Below are positions 42,898 to 52,885 of a stretch of DNA of 64,000 bases, in pieces. The stretch is from the NCBI GenBank assembly GCA_964472415.1, contig CAYYLC010000001.1, positions 239,194-303,193 on the forward strand, in the 5' to 3' direction. Position 1 is the first letter of the stretch, and each line of letters starts with the position of its first letter. A model generated the notes under the pieces. It did no database searches, was not told the origin of the DNA, and saw nothing but the letters and a program-made list of their open reading frames with translations. The position numbers and the translations under genes are program-made. The stretch is from an uncultured Gammaproteobacteria bacterium. GTDB taxonomy: Bacteria; Patescibacteriota; Microgenomatia; Levybacterales; GWA1-39-11.

Positions 42898-45539
42898 TCT
42901 ATCGTCAGCGATCTGATGAACGATTTCGTAGCTGAAAATGGAAGAGATTTTATAAGATCTTGTAGGCATAAAAGAATAAGCGCAAAACTAAGAGGAAGCA
43001 GCCATACGATAGGACTCATTGGGGCAGTAGAGAAGATTTTATTGATTGGTGAATATACTATTAATATCAGAGCGGTGATTGAGAGAAATGCTGCTACAAC
43101 AAGATATTTGTTCACAAACAGTGAGCGAGTAAGAACATTTTTTCGGAATGAACGGAATGTGAATGCATTTACTATTTCAAGCAATACAATAGAAGCAAGT
43201 GCCGCAGTTCTAGCAACTTCAACACTTTCACCGAGAATGTTAAATACAAAATAATATGAAGTTAGGGCGGCAAGCGCCATAAGGCTCCCGAGGATAAGAA
43301 CAATTAGGATATGCCATCTCGTAATAATTGTAGAATTTCTTCTTGGGGGATAATTCATGATGTCTTTTGATGTAGGGTTAAGTCCAAGAGTGATTGCAGG
43401 CATGTTATCAGTAACAAGATTCAAAAATAGAATTTGCAGCGCAACGAGAACTGGTGCTTCCCAACCAAAAAATGGAGCGAGCATTACCCCGACGATAATC
43501 ATTCCAAGCTCTGAAAAATTGGTTGAGAGTTGATACGTTACAAATTTTCTGATGTTGTTAAATATAGTTCTTCCTTCTCGAATCGCATTGACAATTGTTG
43601 CGAAGTTGTCATCTTTGAGTGTTAGGTCTGCGACAGATCGTGAAACATCAGTACCATTCTTGCCCATAGCAACACCGATGTGTGCCTCTTTAAGAGCTGG
43701 TGCATCATTTACGCCATCTCCTGTCATCGTGACAATTTCCCCAAGTCTTTTTAAGGCCTTTACGATTCTGAGTTTGTGTTCTGGGTTTACTCGTGCAAAT
43801 ATTGCAGTTTCTTGCACAACATTTTTGAGTTCTTCATCAGATAGTTCAGAGATTTCTTTGCCCACAAGAATTTTTCCCGTAATGCCCACTTGTTTACCGA
43901 TAGCCTCAGCCGTTTCTTTATTATCGCCTGTTATCATTTTTACGGTAATAAAGGCTTTTTTGCAGATCTCAATTGCTGCACGTGCTTCTTCACGAGGCGG
44001 GTCTTCGAGTGCTGCGGTCCCGATAAATATAAAATCATCTTCGGTATATTCTTTGGAGTTTTTTTTATATGCAAAACAAAGAGTCCTGAGTGCTTTCCCT
44101 GCAAGGTGATTATTAATTTCTAAAAGTTCTTGCTTTTTATCCTCAGTCAACTGTACTGTTTTTCCATCGAGCGAGATTTTGTTGCACTTATTGATTATTA
44201 CCTCGAATGCGCCTTTTGCATACACATATTCGGAATTTTCTTCTTTCGTAAGCACAGACATCATCTTGCGCTCTGAAGAAAATGGCACCTCGCTAGTTCG
44301 TTGGAGTCGAAAATCTTCGCTATAAGTATTTGTTTTTGCACCAAGTATTAGAAGCGCTCCCTCGGTTTGACTCCCGATGATTTTATATTCATGCTTTTCA
44401 TCAAGCTTTTCCAACTTCGAATCATTACAAAGAACTGCAGTTTTTATAAGAAGATTAAGTTCATGTGTTTTTTTCAGATCCACACGTTTTTTTTGTTGGA
44501 TGATTTCACCGTTTGATTTATAACCTCTTCCAGTCACGGAGTATATTTCATCTCCAGCAATAATATTTCTTACTGTCATTTCTCCTAGTGTGAGAGTCCC
44601 TGTTTTATCAGTACAAATGACTGTAGTTTCACCGAGTGTTTCGATAATAGACATGCGGTTGACGATGGCATTCTTCTTCGCCATTCGAGAAGCACCAACT
44701 GCGAGCGTTGTGGTGAGGACAACTGGGAAACTTTCAGGAAATGCAGAAACAGAAATTGCGATAACGAGAATGAGTATTTCTGTAAGGTGTGGGCTTGTAA
44801 ATTCTGTTATTCGAGAAAGCATGATAAGGCCGGTTGTTACTGATGCAAGAATTGCGATTCCGACCATTATTTTGGTGATTTTATTTACTTTATTTTGGAG
44901 GGGGAGTTCTTTTTCAACTCGTGAAATAAGTCCAGCAATTTGCCCAAATTTCGTATTCATTCCAGTATGAATTACTTTCGCGTAGCATTTTCCATTTACC
45001 AGAAATGATCCCATATGGAGAATATTTTCTTCATTGTATTTTTCTTCGTTTTTAACTTGCTTTTTTTCTATATCGCTGGATTCTCCGGTGAGAATTGCTT
45101 CGTTTACCTCTATATCTTCGCCATCTATGAGTATGCAGTCTGCAGGAATGCGCTCGCCAGAACGGAGTACAAGGATATCTTCGGTGACGATTCTTTTAGA
45201 AAGTATTTCCTTTTCTTTCCCACCTCTAATAACTCGAGTATGAGGGAGAATCATTTTCTTGAGGGCACTTATTGCCTTTTCTGCACGGTATTCTTGAATA
45301 AATCCTGTGACGATAACAAGGATTATAACTCCTATGATTGTATAGCCAGTGACGACTTCTCCTACGGTGAATGAAATAATTGCAGCAGCAAGGAGAAGGT
45401 AAAATACAAAATTATTCTTTATTTGCCGAAGTAAGATTTTAAACGGAGATGATTTAGAAATATCTCGAATTTCATTTGGTCCTGATTCTTGGAGTTTTCT
45501 CTGTGCTTGCTCGTCAGTAAGTCCCAAGATTTTATTCAT
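42894..45539 (-). CDS. P-type cation-transporting ATPase (P2-type, Ca2+-ATPase-like)
   Basis: TGES, phosphorylation site [19 protein letters not shown] and [20 protein letters not shown] motifs; about 10 TM helices. Confidence 0.88.
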   Translation of the reverse strand: MNKILGLTDEQAQRKLQESGPNEIRDISKSSPFKILLRQIKNNFVFYLLLAAAIISFTVGEVVTGYTIIGVIILVIVTGFIQEYRAEKAISALKKMILPHTRVIRGGKEKEILSKRIVTEDILVLRSGERIPADCILIDGEDIEVNEAILTGESSDIEKKQVKNEEKYNEENILHMGSFLVNGKCYAKVIHTGMNTKFGQIAGLISRVEKELPLQNKVNKITKIMVGIAILASVTTGLIMLSRITEFTSPHLTEILILVIAISVSAFPESFPVVLTTTLAVGASRMAKKNAIVNRMSIIETLGETTVICTDKTGTLTLGEMTVRNIIAGDEIYSVTGRGYKSNGEIIQQKKRVDLKKTHELNLLIKTAVLCNDSKLEKLDEKHEYKIIGSQTEGALLILGAKTNTYSEDFRLQRTSEVPFSSERKMMSVLTKEENSEYVYAKGAFEVIINKCNKISLDGKTVQLTEDKKQELLEINNHLAGKALRTLCFAYKKNSKEYTEDDFIFIGTAALEDPPREEARAAIEICKKAFITVKMITGDNKETAEAIGKQVGITGKILVGKEISELSDEELKNVVQETAIFARVNPEHKLRIVKALKRLGEIVTMTGDGVNDAPALKEAHIGVAMGKNGTDVSRSVADLTLKDDNFATIVNAIREGRTIFNNIRKFVTYQLSTNFSELGMIIVGVMLAPFFGWEAPVLVALQILFLNLVTDNMPAITLGLNPTSKDIMNYPPRRNSTIITRWHILIVLILGSLMALAALTSYYFVFNILGESVEVARTAALASIVLLEIVNAFTFRSFRKNVLTRSLFVNKYLVVAAFLSITALILIVYSPINKIFSTAPMSPIVWLLPLSFALILLCLQDLIKSLPFSATKSFIRSLTID

Positions 45540-45607
45540 ATTACTCTAGCATAGTAAATATAGTAGTTATATTTCAAGAATTTACAGTATTTCGTATAAT
45601 ACGAGTT

Positions 45608-46069
45608 ATGCGCAAAATAAAGCGAATCCCTATAACACAAGAAGGGTTTGATGCACTGAGAAAAAAATTACAGGATTTAAAAAATATGAGGCCTCAGGCA
45701 GTAGAGACGCTTTCTGATGCACGCAAGATGGGAGATCTATCTGAAAATGGACTATACAGTGCCGCAAAAATGCGCCTGAGGTCTATTGATTCGCAGATTT
45801 TTCGACTTACTATTCAGATACGACTTGCAGATATTATCTTAGATTTAGGGAATGATGTCGTGCGACTTGGTTCAAGAGTTACGATTTCTGATGGTGAAAA
45901 AACTCGTACATTCCATATTGTAGGTCACTATGAGGCAGATCCTTTGAGTGGAAAGATATCGAGCCTTTCGCCAATTGGGAAAGGTCTTATGAGAAAAAAA
46001 GTTGGAGATAAGGGGGAAATTATTACGCCACAAGGAAAAACCACCTTTACAATTTTACAAATTCAGTAG
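45608..46069 (+). CDS. greA: Transcription elongation factor GreA
   Basis: IPITQEGFDALRKKLQDL coiled-coil N-terminus plus the FKBP-like C-terminus; 153 aa. Confidence 0.85.
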   Translation: MRKIKRIPITQEGFDALRKKLQDLKNMRPQAVETLSDARKMGDLSENGLYSAAKMRLRSIDSQIFRLTIQIRLADIILDLGNDVVRLGSRVTISDGEKTRTFHIVGHYEADPLSGKISSLSPIGKGLMRKKVGDKGEIITPQGKTTFTILQIQ

Positions 46070-48349
46070 CTCGTCTTCTTCGTCAGGGGTTGGTGAGATT
46101 TCGTCAGGAGTTGGTGAGGCTTTGTTTGGGATAGTTGGAATAAGAATTATTGATTGTGTCGGAGTTGGAGTATTGCTCGGATTATTATTGTCATTAGTAT
46201 CATCTTCCTCACTTTCATCACCATCATTATCATCGTTGTTATTATCACTAGCATTTTCATCCGGTGTGGGGGTGGGTGTTGGGATATCGCATTGTCTATC
46301 AGGAACAGTTCCTCTGAGGAAGAATTCAGGGTACGCAGAAGATGTTGCGAAATCAATAAGACCTCCATCTTCAAAACATACTTCTTGTTTTATAATGCCA
46401 TTTGGCTGTCTAAAATTTTCTATTCGTGTTATTTGTTTAAATCCTGCTTCCATAATCTGTCTCCAAATAGGGGCGGCACCTAAAGATCCTGCGATACTTG
46501 TCATGGGGCTATTGTCATTATTTCCGATCCATACTCCTACAGCGAGTTGTGGTGTGTATCCTACAGTAAGTGCGTCACGGTAATCATCTGTAGTTCCGGT
46601 TTTAACAGCTGCGGGGCGAGATACAGTGAGTGCTTCGCCGAAAGTATCTTGGCGTGCAGCATTATCTGAAAGAATAGAGCTTATGAGAAATGCGACTGTT
46701 TCAGGAAGCGCACTGCTGCTATCTGGATTTGATTTATATATCCTTTTTCCATTTTTATCTTGTATTTCAGTGAGGAGTGAATATTCATTCCACTCACCTT
46801 GATTTGCAAATGTAGCATAGGCATTTGTTATTTCGATAAGTGGTACTTCTGCAGATCCAAGAACGAAGGGGAGCCCATAGTCCAAATCATCTGATAATGT
46901 AGTAATCCCGAGGTCTTGAGCAAATTCTATCCCTTTATTAACTCCGAGCATATTCATTACATGGACTGCTGGAATATTGAGAGAATTTGAAAGTGCATAG
47001 CGAATAGTTACTTCACCACGAAACGAATTGTCATAGTTTCTTGGACGGTAAGTCCCAAATGTTATTGGCTCATCCTTTATTTGGGTAGATGGAGTGATAA
47101 GTCGTTCTTCAAATGCTTTTGCATAAATTATCGGCTTAAATGACGATCCAGGTTGTCGTGGCCGAATTGCCATGTTGATACGACCATTTTCAGTATCATT
47201 CCAATCATAGCTTCCCACCAGAGCTCGTACCTCACCAGTGTCAGGATCAATCACAACTGCAGCGCCATTGGTTACCTGCGAACCTTTTAGTCTGTTTACT
47301 TGTGCTTCTACTGCATTCTGGGCGGCAGTCTGCAGACTTAAATCAAGCGTTGTGTGTACTACATATCCACTTTTTGCGACATCTCGTTCACCAAATTTAT
47401 CGATAAGAAAATCCTGGATCATTAATGCGAAATGAACACCTTGTTCATTCATATCTTGCTCTGTTGGATTAAATATTATATTTTCTTCTTGAGCTCTATT
47501 CATTTCTTCTTCAGTGATGTGTTTTTGTTCATACATGAGTGAGAGAACGAGATTTTTTCGATTTAGTGCTGCATCCAAATTTCCCGTGAGTGGCGAGTAG
47601 TATGATGGCGCGCGGATAATTCCTGCTAGTAATGCACTTTCGGCAAGTGTAAGTTCTGATGCATCCTTTGAGAAGTAGCGCATTGCTGCATCTGCAATAC
47701 CAAATGCACCTTCTCCATAAAAATTCGTGTTTATATATAGTTCAAGAATGTCATCTTTTGAATATCGTCGCTCGAGTTCGAGTGCAAGGACTAGTTCTTG
47801 GTATTTTCTGAGTAAATGCTTATCTGGAGACAATATGGCATTTTTTATGAGTTGTTGAGAGATTGTAGATCCTCCTTGGATACTCGATTGCGAGAGGATA
47901 TTTTCTCGAAATGCCCGAGCAATTCCTGTGATGGAAAATCCCGGATGACTATAGAAATCTTTATCCTCTATCGCAATAAAAGCATATTTCGTATACGCTG
48001 GAAGCGTATCGAGAGCAACAGGGTTTTTTGTAGTAGCATCAAAGAGGGTGAAAAACGCTTCTCCGCTCCGGTCAAGTAAAATTATTCCCTCGTTCTTTTT
48101 ATTCAGAATCCGATCTTTAGACGAAAGATCTCTTACAAAATAAAGATATGTCGCAATAGGAATCAAGATCATAATAACGATTCCAATGAGAATTGCGTAC
48201 TTTAGATATCTCCGATTTTTCTTTATAAAATGGAAAATATCTTCCTTTCTAAGATTTCGTATCTTGTGATATTGCTCTTTTAAATACGTTTTATCGATTT
48301 TCTTGTTCAATATCACAAAAGATTTGAGCTTGTCTGATAACGACCTCAT
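46055..48349 (-). CDS. Class A penicillin-binding protein (bifunctional transglycosylase/transpeptidase) with an acidic Pro/Thr-rich C-terminal tail
   Basis: GT51 motifs (EDKDFYSHPG, GGSTISQQL), transpeptidase SxxK/SxN/KTG (SFKP, KTGTT), and a C-terminal low-complexity tail of about 90 aa. Confidence 0.88.
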   Translation of the reverse strand: MRSLSDKLKSFVILNKKIDKTYLKEQYHKIRNLRKEDIFHFIKKNRRYLKYAILIGIVIMILIPIATYLYFVRDLSSKDRILNKKNEGIILLDRSGEAFFTLFDATTKNPVALDTLPAYTKYAFIAIEDKDFYSHPGFSITGIARAFRENILSQSSIQGGSTISQQLIKNAILSPDKHLLRKYQELVLALELERRYSKDDILELYINTNFYGEGAFGIADAAMRYFSKDASELTLAESALLAGIIRAPSYYSPLTGNLDAALNRKNLVLSLMYEQKHITEEEMNRAQEENIIFNPTEQDMNEQGVHFALMIQDFLIDKFGERDVAKSGYVVHTTLDLSLQTAAQNAVEAQVNRLKGSQVTNGAAVVIDPDTGEVRALVGSYDWNDTENGRINMAIRPRQPGSSFKPIIYAKAFEERLITPSTQIKDEPITFGTYRPRNYDNSFRGEVTIRYALSNSLNIPAVHVMNMLGVNKGIEFAQDLGITTLSDDLDYGLPFVLGSAEVPLIEITNAYATFANQGEWNEYSLLTEIQDKNGKRIYKSNPDSSSALPETVAFLISSILSDNAARQDTFGEALTVSRPAAVKTGTTDDYRDALTVGYTPQLAVGVWIGNNDNSPMTSIAGSLGAAPIWRQIMEAGFKQITRIENFRQPNGIIKQEVCFEDGGLIDFATSSAYPEFFLRGTVPDRQCDIPTPTPTPDENASDNNNDDNDGDESEEDDTNDNNNPSNTPTPTQSIILIPTIPNKASPTPDEISPTPDEEDELLNL
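46078..46118 (-). repeat. Near-perfect tandem duplication of about 21 bp in the PBP tail-coding region (encodes SPTPDEI/SPTPDEE)
   Basis: ttcgtcaggggttggtgaga / ttcgtcaggagttggtgagg read directly. Coordinates are +/-1 because this region showed a 1-nt disagreement with the ORF track when counted by hand. Confidence 0.5.
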
Positions 48350-48539
48350 ATGTCAATATTATACTATCGAAAACTGAATTTCAGAGAAATCCTCGTAGGA
48401 CTATCGGAAGATGTGTATTTGACGCTATGGCTATGTAACACAGCAAAATTAACCTCCTATCTGTAAATGAATGGATTTATTACTCATCCTGAGCCTATGA
48501 TGGAAGATAAATTTTTGGTAGCATAAAAGCTATAGAGTT

Positions 48540-50894
48540 ATGTGGGTATTGCTAAGAAATATTCTTATTGTGGGTATCTTGGGAACATTTTTTTTGTCGG
48601 GTTTCCCATCGGATAAATTTGTGTATTATGCAACACAAGATATTTTTTATGGGAATCTTATCCAGAAGGATTTTGCTCAACTTTTCAAGCCGGAAGTGAA
48701 AAAAATACAGGCTGCAAATTTTTCTATGCAGACAGGATATTATATAGGATCTGGTTCGACGCTCTCTATTTCTGGCCTTGGATTCCAGCCGGATTTCATA
48801 TTGATCAAATCAGACACAAATGCTGGAGAGGCAGTGTTTAAAACGAGTGCGATGGCAAGCACAAATATGGCACTCATTGGTCCTGCTGCAGATAACACTA
48901 CTTCACAGATAACGATTGATTCAGATGGATTTACTGTAGGTAATATCGCCTACGTAAATAGAATTAATGATAGATATAATTGGGTGGCATTTGGAGGATC
49001 TGATTGTAGTTCAAGTGGAACATTTTGCGTAGGTCAGTATACGGGTAACGGATCATCTCCACGAAAAATTTCTACAGGATTCCAGCCAGATTTTGTACTA
49101 GCGAAGCATTCAACTGCAAATTTTTCAGCACATTTTCATACAGCTTCTCAGCCAGATAATGAAATTGGATATCTTACAAATTCTGTGCGAAATACGAGCG
49201 GGAACTATATTCGAGACTTCGTGTCAGATGGTTTTAATGTAGGACATTCCGGTTCATCAGGAAATAATGTAAATGGGCAGACATATAACTATATTGCTTT
49301 CAAGGCGACAAGCGGAATATTTTCAGAAGGAAGCTATACTGGCAATAACACGGATAATAGAAACATCACTGGAGTTGGGTTTAAGCCGGATTTTGTGCTG
49401 GTAAAAAGTATTAGTGCTTCTCCAGGAACGATAAATATTTCCGAAACTTATGGAGATTATGGAATACTGTTAACTGCTGTTGCAAGCAGTACTAATAATA
49501 TTCAAGAACTTCAGAGTGATGGGTTCCAAGTGGGGACTGCTACGACAGTAAATGCAAATGCTGATACATATTATTGGGTGGCATTTGGGGGCTCTGCCGA
49601 TTATACGTCTAGCGGAACCTTTCGTATGGATGTGGGATCGTATACTGGCACTGGGACCTCTCAATCTATCACAGGATTAGGATTCGCGCCAGATTTGGTT
49701 ATTATTAAAGCTCATAATGGAAACTACTCTGTTTTTAGAACCAGCATGATGAGAAATGATTTAACGAATTACCTTGCTGTGTCTGCGGGAGATTTTACGC
49801 AGGGAATAACGTCTCTTGATTCAGATGGATTTACTGTGGGATTGAGTTCTATTGTAAATACCAATGGCATTACCTATGAATGGCAGGCATTCGGGAATGC
49901 ATATAATCCATATACTAATACTGGGGCTTCTGATTTTGCGATAGGCGCATATATCGGAAACGGTGTGGATAATAGGAACATAGTCAAACTTCCCTGGCAG
50001 CCGGATTTTATCGCGACAAAAAGGAACACAACTTCACCATTGGTATGGAGATCATCTGTTATGGGGGGGGATGTTTCCAGCTCTTTGAATGCAACTGCTG
50101 ATAGTTCAAATAAGATACAAGCATTTAATAGTGATGGGTTTCAAGTGGGTTCTGATGATACTGCAAACTTCTCTGGGAGCTTATATCGGTGGTTTGCGTT
50201 TAAACAAGGGAGTAGTTTTGCAGTAGGAGGTTATACAGGGAATTCTACGGACAATCGTGATATTACTGATGTAGGGTTCCAGCCAGATTTGGTTTTTGTT
50301 AAAGGTACGGCAGGTGTGAATGGTGTGTTCCGATCGAGCTCTCTTACGGGAGATAGTTCTCAGTATTTCATAAATTTACCAAATACGAGTGACCGGATTC
50401 AGTCCCTTCTCTCGAATGGGTTTCAGTTGGGAGGAAATCAAACAGAAACAAATACAAATGCTAGTATTTATCGATATATCGCATGGAAAATCCCATCGAG
50501 CGCGCCTGAAGTTTCAGTTACGATAACAACTGATGGAACGATAAATTACGGAACGATAAATTCTGGTGAGACTATAAGTACTCTCAATCTTTCTGATACG
50601 CAAACTGTCCAGAATGACGGAGGAGTACCGATAGATATAAATATAAAAACAAGTACCCCAGAGGGATGGACATTGGGTTCAGTTTCTGGCACAGACACAT
50701 TTATTCATGAATTTTCTACAAATGCAGGATCTGATTGGATAGAATTTATTGCTGAAGATACGTATCAATCTTTTTGGAGTAATTTGGGAGTTGATGATAC
50801 GAAAAATTTTGATTTACGTTTTACTTCACCAAATCCTTCTACAGTTGCTACAGAGAAGATTATTTCCGTAACTATTCAAGCAGTCGAGCACTAG
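48540..50894 (+). CDS. Large secreted or anchored protein: N-terminal TM/signal anchor, six tandem repeats of about 100 aa, and a C-terminal beta-rich domain of about 130 aa containing a WTLG motif
   Basis: Repeats share Y(T/I)GNG...R.I.G(L/V)GF(Q/K)PD(F/L)V..K...(FR/FK)(T/S)S.M.......SDGF.VG......N.....Y.W(V/F)AFGGS, seen directly six times. The C-terminal domain is paralogous to ORF 50947-51477. Confidence 0.6.
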   Translation: MWVLLRNILIVGILGTFFLSGFPSDKFVYYATQDIFYGNLIQKDFAQLFKPEVKKIQAANFSMQTGYYIGSGSTLSISGLGFQPDFILIKSDTNAGEAVFKTSAMASTNMALIGPAADNTTSQITIDSDGFTVGNIAYVNRINDRYNWVAFGGSDCSSSGTFCVGQYTGNGSSPRKISTGFQPDFVLAKHSTANFSAHFHTASQPDNEIGYLTNSVRNTSGNYIRDFVSDGFNVGHSGSSGNNVNGQTYNYIAFKATSGIFSEGSYTGNNTDNRNITGVGFKPDFVLVKSISASPGTINISETYGDYGILLTAVASSTNNIQELQSDGFQVGTATTVNANADTYYWVAFGGSADYTSSGTFRMDVGSYTGTGTSQSITGLGFAPDLVIIKAHNGNYSVFRTSMMRNDLTNYLAVSAGDFTQGITSLDSDGFTVGLSSIVNTNGITYEWQAFGNAYNPYTNTGASDFAIGAYIGNGVDNRNIVKLPWQPDFIATKRNTTSPLVWRSSVMGGDVSSSLNATADSSNKIQAFNSDGFQVGSDDTANFSGSLYRWFAFKQGSSFAVGGYTGNSTDNRDITDVGFQPDLVFVKGTAGVNGVFRSSSLTGDSSQYFINLPNTSDRIQSLLSNGFQLGGNQTETNTNASIYRYIAWKIPSSAPEVSVTITTDGTINYGTINSGETISTLNLSDTQTVQNDGGVPIDINIKTSTPEGWTLGSVSGTDTFIHEFSTNAGSDWIEFIAEDTYQSFWSNLGVDDTKNFDLRFTSPNPSTVATEKIISVTIQAVEH
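50063..50070 (+). repeat. Homopolymeric G8 tract inside the coding sequence of the large repeat protein
   Basis: atgggggggga read directly. G runs of this length are rare in a 37 % GC genome and form a potential slipped-strand site. Confidence 0.7.
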
Positions 50895-50946
50895 ATTGCC
50901 TATTGACTGAATAAAGATTATTTGATTTACTGATACCATAAGTACA

Positions 50947-51477
50947 ATGAAAGTGTCTATTCGTACTAAAAACATTACAAAAAGATCGATATTTTTTCAT
51001 TTATCGTTGATTATGTTCCTTTTTTCAATGGTTGTGCTGCCAGTGCGGGCAGCAAGTACAGATTCTGTTACCGCAACAGTTACTGTCCAGAACATATCAG
51101 TCTCAGTTTCAGATGGTGCTATTGCATACGGTACTTTGGCGCTAAATTCTTCCGCTGGTACGAATGGGATAGATACGCAAACTGCAGAAAACGATGGTAA
51201 TGTTACAGTAGACTTCAATATTCGTGGTCAAGACACCGCAAACTGGACACTGGGTGCTACAGCTGATTCTGATCTGTATGTTCATCGGTTTTGTACAGAA
51301 ACTTGCGATTCTGCACCTACAAACTATACTGCATTAACAACAAACTATCAGACACTTGCCGAGAGTAAGGCAGCAGAGGCAACGCAGACATTTGATCTTC
51401 ATATCTCTACTCCTACATCGACAGCTAACTATACAGAACAGTCAGCAGATGTTACCGTACAAGCAGCCCTTCCATAA
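50947..51477 (+). CDS. Secreted beta-rich protein (signal peptide plus one domain paralogous to the C-terminal domain of the upstream large protein; WxL-like motif NWTLG)
   Basis: Signal peptide then DGAIAYGT...QTAENDGNVTVDFNI...NWTLGATADSDLYVHRF...QTFDLHISTP...VTVQA, which aligns to the big protein C-terminus DGTINYGT...QTVQNDGGVPIDINI...GWTLGSVSGTDTFIHEF...KNFDLRFTSP...VTIQA. Confidence 0.6.
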   Translation: MKVSIRTKNITKRSIFFHLSLIMFLFSMVVLPVRAASTDSVTATVTVQNISVSVSDGAIAYGTLALNSSAGTNGIDTQTAENDGNVTVDFNIRGQDTANWTLGATADSDLYVHRFCTETCDSAPTNYTALTTNYQTLAESKAAEATQTFDLHISTPTSTANYTEQSADVTVQAALP

Positions 51478-51530
51478 AGATATAAAATTCTTCAACATTT
51501 CTGTAATCACTTATGTATAATAATGAATAG

Positions 51531-52196
51531 ATGAGAAGGTTAATACTGTACATATTCTTAGGACTTATTTTCTTTACTATTCCCATTCAGTCGTTTGCAA
51601 AAATTGGCGTAGGAGTCGGGACGGGAAAAATTCAAGTTGACGATGATTTAAAGCCAGGAATTATCTATCAACTTCCCTCACTTACCGTATTTAATACCGG
51701 TGATGTGGATTCTGAATACACAGTGAATGTTGCATATCACGAGAAACAGCCAGAACTACGGCCTGAAAAATCGTGGTTACAGTTTTCTCCTGCTGAATTT
51801 GAGCTTAAACCAGGAGAGTCACAGGAAGTCCAGATAAAATTAAACCTTCCTGTGCGAACTGAGCCAGGAGACTACTTCGCGTATTTAGAAGGGAGCCCGA
51901 TTACCAAAAGTGCGAATGGGGCAACTACTGTAGGCATTGCTGCTGCTGCAAAATTATATTTCACGATAGTACCGGGAAATATTTTAGAGGGTATATATTT
52001 TAAATTGCTTTCTATGTGGGATATATACGCACCGTGGCCACAGGTAATTCTTGGAATTATCGTGGTGATGGGGATAATTCTTCTCGGCAAAAAATACCTC
52101 AATATTCAAATAAATGTAAAGGGGGACAAACGTAAATCTCCAAAGAAACTTGAAGCACAAGAAAAGCTAGCTAATGAGGAGATTGATAAAAAGTAA
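51531..52196 (+). CDS. Cell-surface protein with a signal peptide, a beta-rich ectodomain and a C-terminal TM anchor with a basic tail (architecture like DUF916/DUF3324 CscA-type proteins)
   Basis: Signal peptide, an ectodomain of about 150 aa, then ...LYFTIVPG plus a TM helix plus KKYLNIQINVKGDKRK. Confidence 0.5.
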   Translation: MRRLILYIFLGLIFFTIPIQSFAKIGVGVGTGKIQVDDDLKPGIIYQLPSLTVFNTGDVDSEYTVNVAYHEKQPELRPEKSWLQFSPAEFELKPGESQEVQIKLNLPVRTEPGDYFAYLEGSPITKSANGATTVGIAAAAKLYFTIVPGNILEGIYFKLLSMWDIYAPWPQVILGIIVVMGIILLGKKYLNIQINVKGDKRKSPKKLEAQEKLANEEIDKK

Positions 52197-52204
52197 TAGG
52201 ATGG

Positions 52205-52882
52205 ATGAACAGAGCAAATCAGATTGCAAGAATAATAACGTTCTTCGTTATATTCTTCCCCTTTGGATTATATGAGATTTATGCCCAGAGTAGCACTACA
52301 ATTATTGATGCAACGGTCAAGATCAGTATCTGTGGGAATGAAATAATTGAAGGAGGAGAGGACTGTGAAGGATCAAATCTCAATAATCAAACATGTCAGT
52401 CAGTAGGATATGGCCCAGGAAATCTTACGTGTGATATAGCCTGTACGTATGACGTAACCAATTGCTTAAGCCCTTCACCAACTCCTTCACCAATTCCTAC
52501 TATAATCCCTACACTTACTCCAACGGAAGGAGTAAGTCCGTCTCTTCCACAATTAGATAGTATTTCACCGTCGCCTTATTTGCTACAAAGTCCTATATTG
52601 CAGCCAAGTGTTTCTATATCGCCACGAATTACAGAATTAAGACCTCTCGGTACGGAGCTTCCAGAAAGCTTGCAGTATTTTGACTTTCGGGGTATCGGGA
52701 AAATCTTACTTTCAGATCTAACAGATGTTGTTGCCATTTGGGTAGATGGATGGAGAAATGTATTGCGTGAAGATGGGTCGAAAGGTGCGGTTTTACCAGA
52801 TCTGCAGAAATGTGATATGAATAATGATGGATTGTGTAATTTAACAGATTTTTCAATACTTATGTCATATATTGAATCGTAA
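52205..52882 (+). CDS. Secreted protein with an N-terminal Cys-rich repeat (CGNEIIEGGEDCEG type), a Pro/Ser/Thr linker and a C-terminal dockerin-like Ca-binding module
   Basis: The C-terminal CDMNNDGLCNLTDFSILMSYI fits the dockerin repeat consensus D-x-N-x-DG-x-(V/C)-N-x-x-D-x-x-x-L-x-x-Y position by position. The Cys-rich module resembles the Myxococcus-type cysteine-rich repeat. Confidence 0.6.
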   Translation: MNRANQIARIITFFVIFFPFGLYEIYAQSSTTIIDATVKISICGNEIIEGGEDCEGSNLNNQTCQSVGYGPGNLTCDIACTYDVTNCLSPSPTPSPIPTIIPTLTPTEGVSPSLPQLDSISPSPYLLQSPILQPSVSISPRITELRPLGTELPESLQYFDFRGIGKILLSDLTDVVAIWVDGWRNVLREDGSKGAVLPDLQKCDMNNDGLCNLTDFSILMSYIES

Positions 52883-52885
52883 ATT

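Noticed and set aside
46002-46583. 193-aa plus-strand ORF rich in Ser/Gly/Val/Leu
   Set aside because: It is antisense to the repetitive acidic-tail coding region of the PBP1A gene; its composition mirrors the repeat.
50947-51477. Assigning the shared beta-rich domain firmly to the WxL family
   Set aside because: Only one clear W-T-L motif per domain is visible and the second WxL motif is not evident by eye. It is kept as a hypothesis in the findings rather than a confident call.
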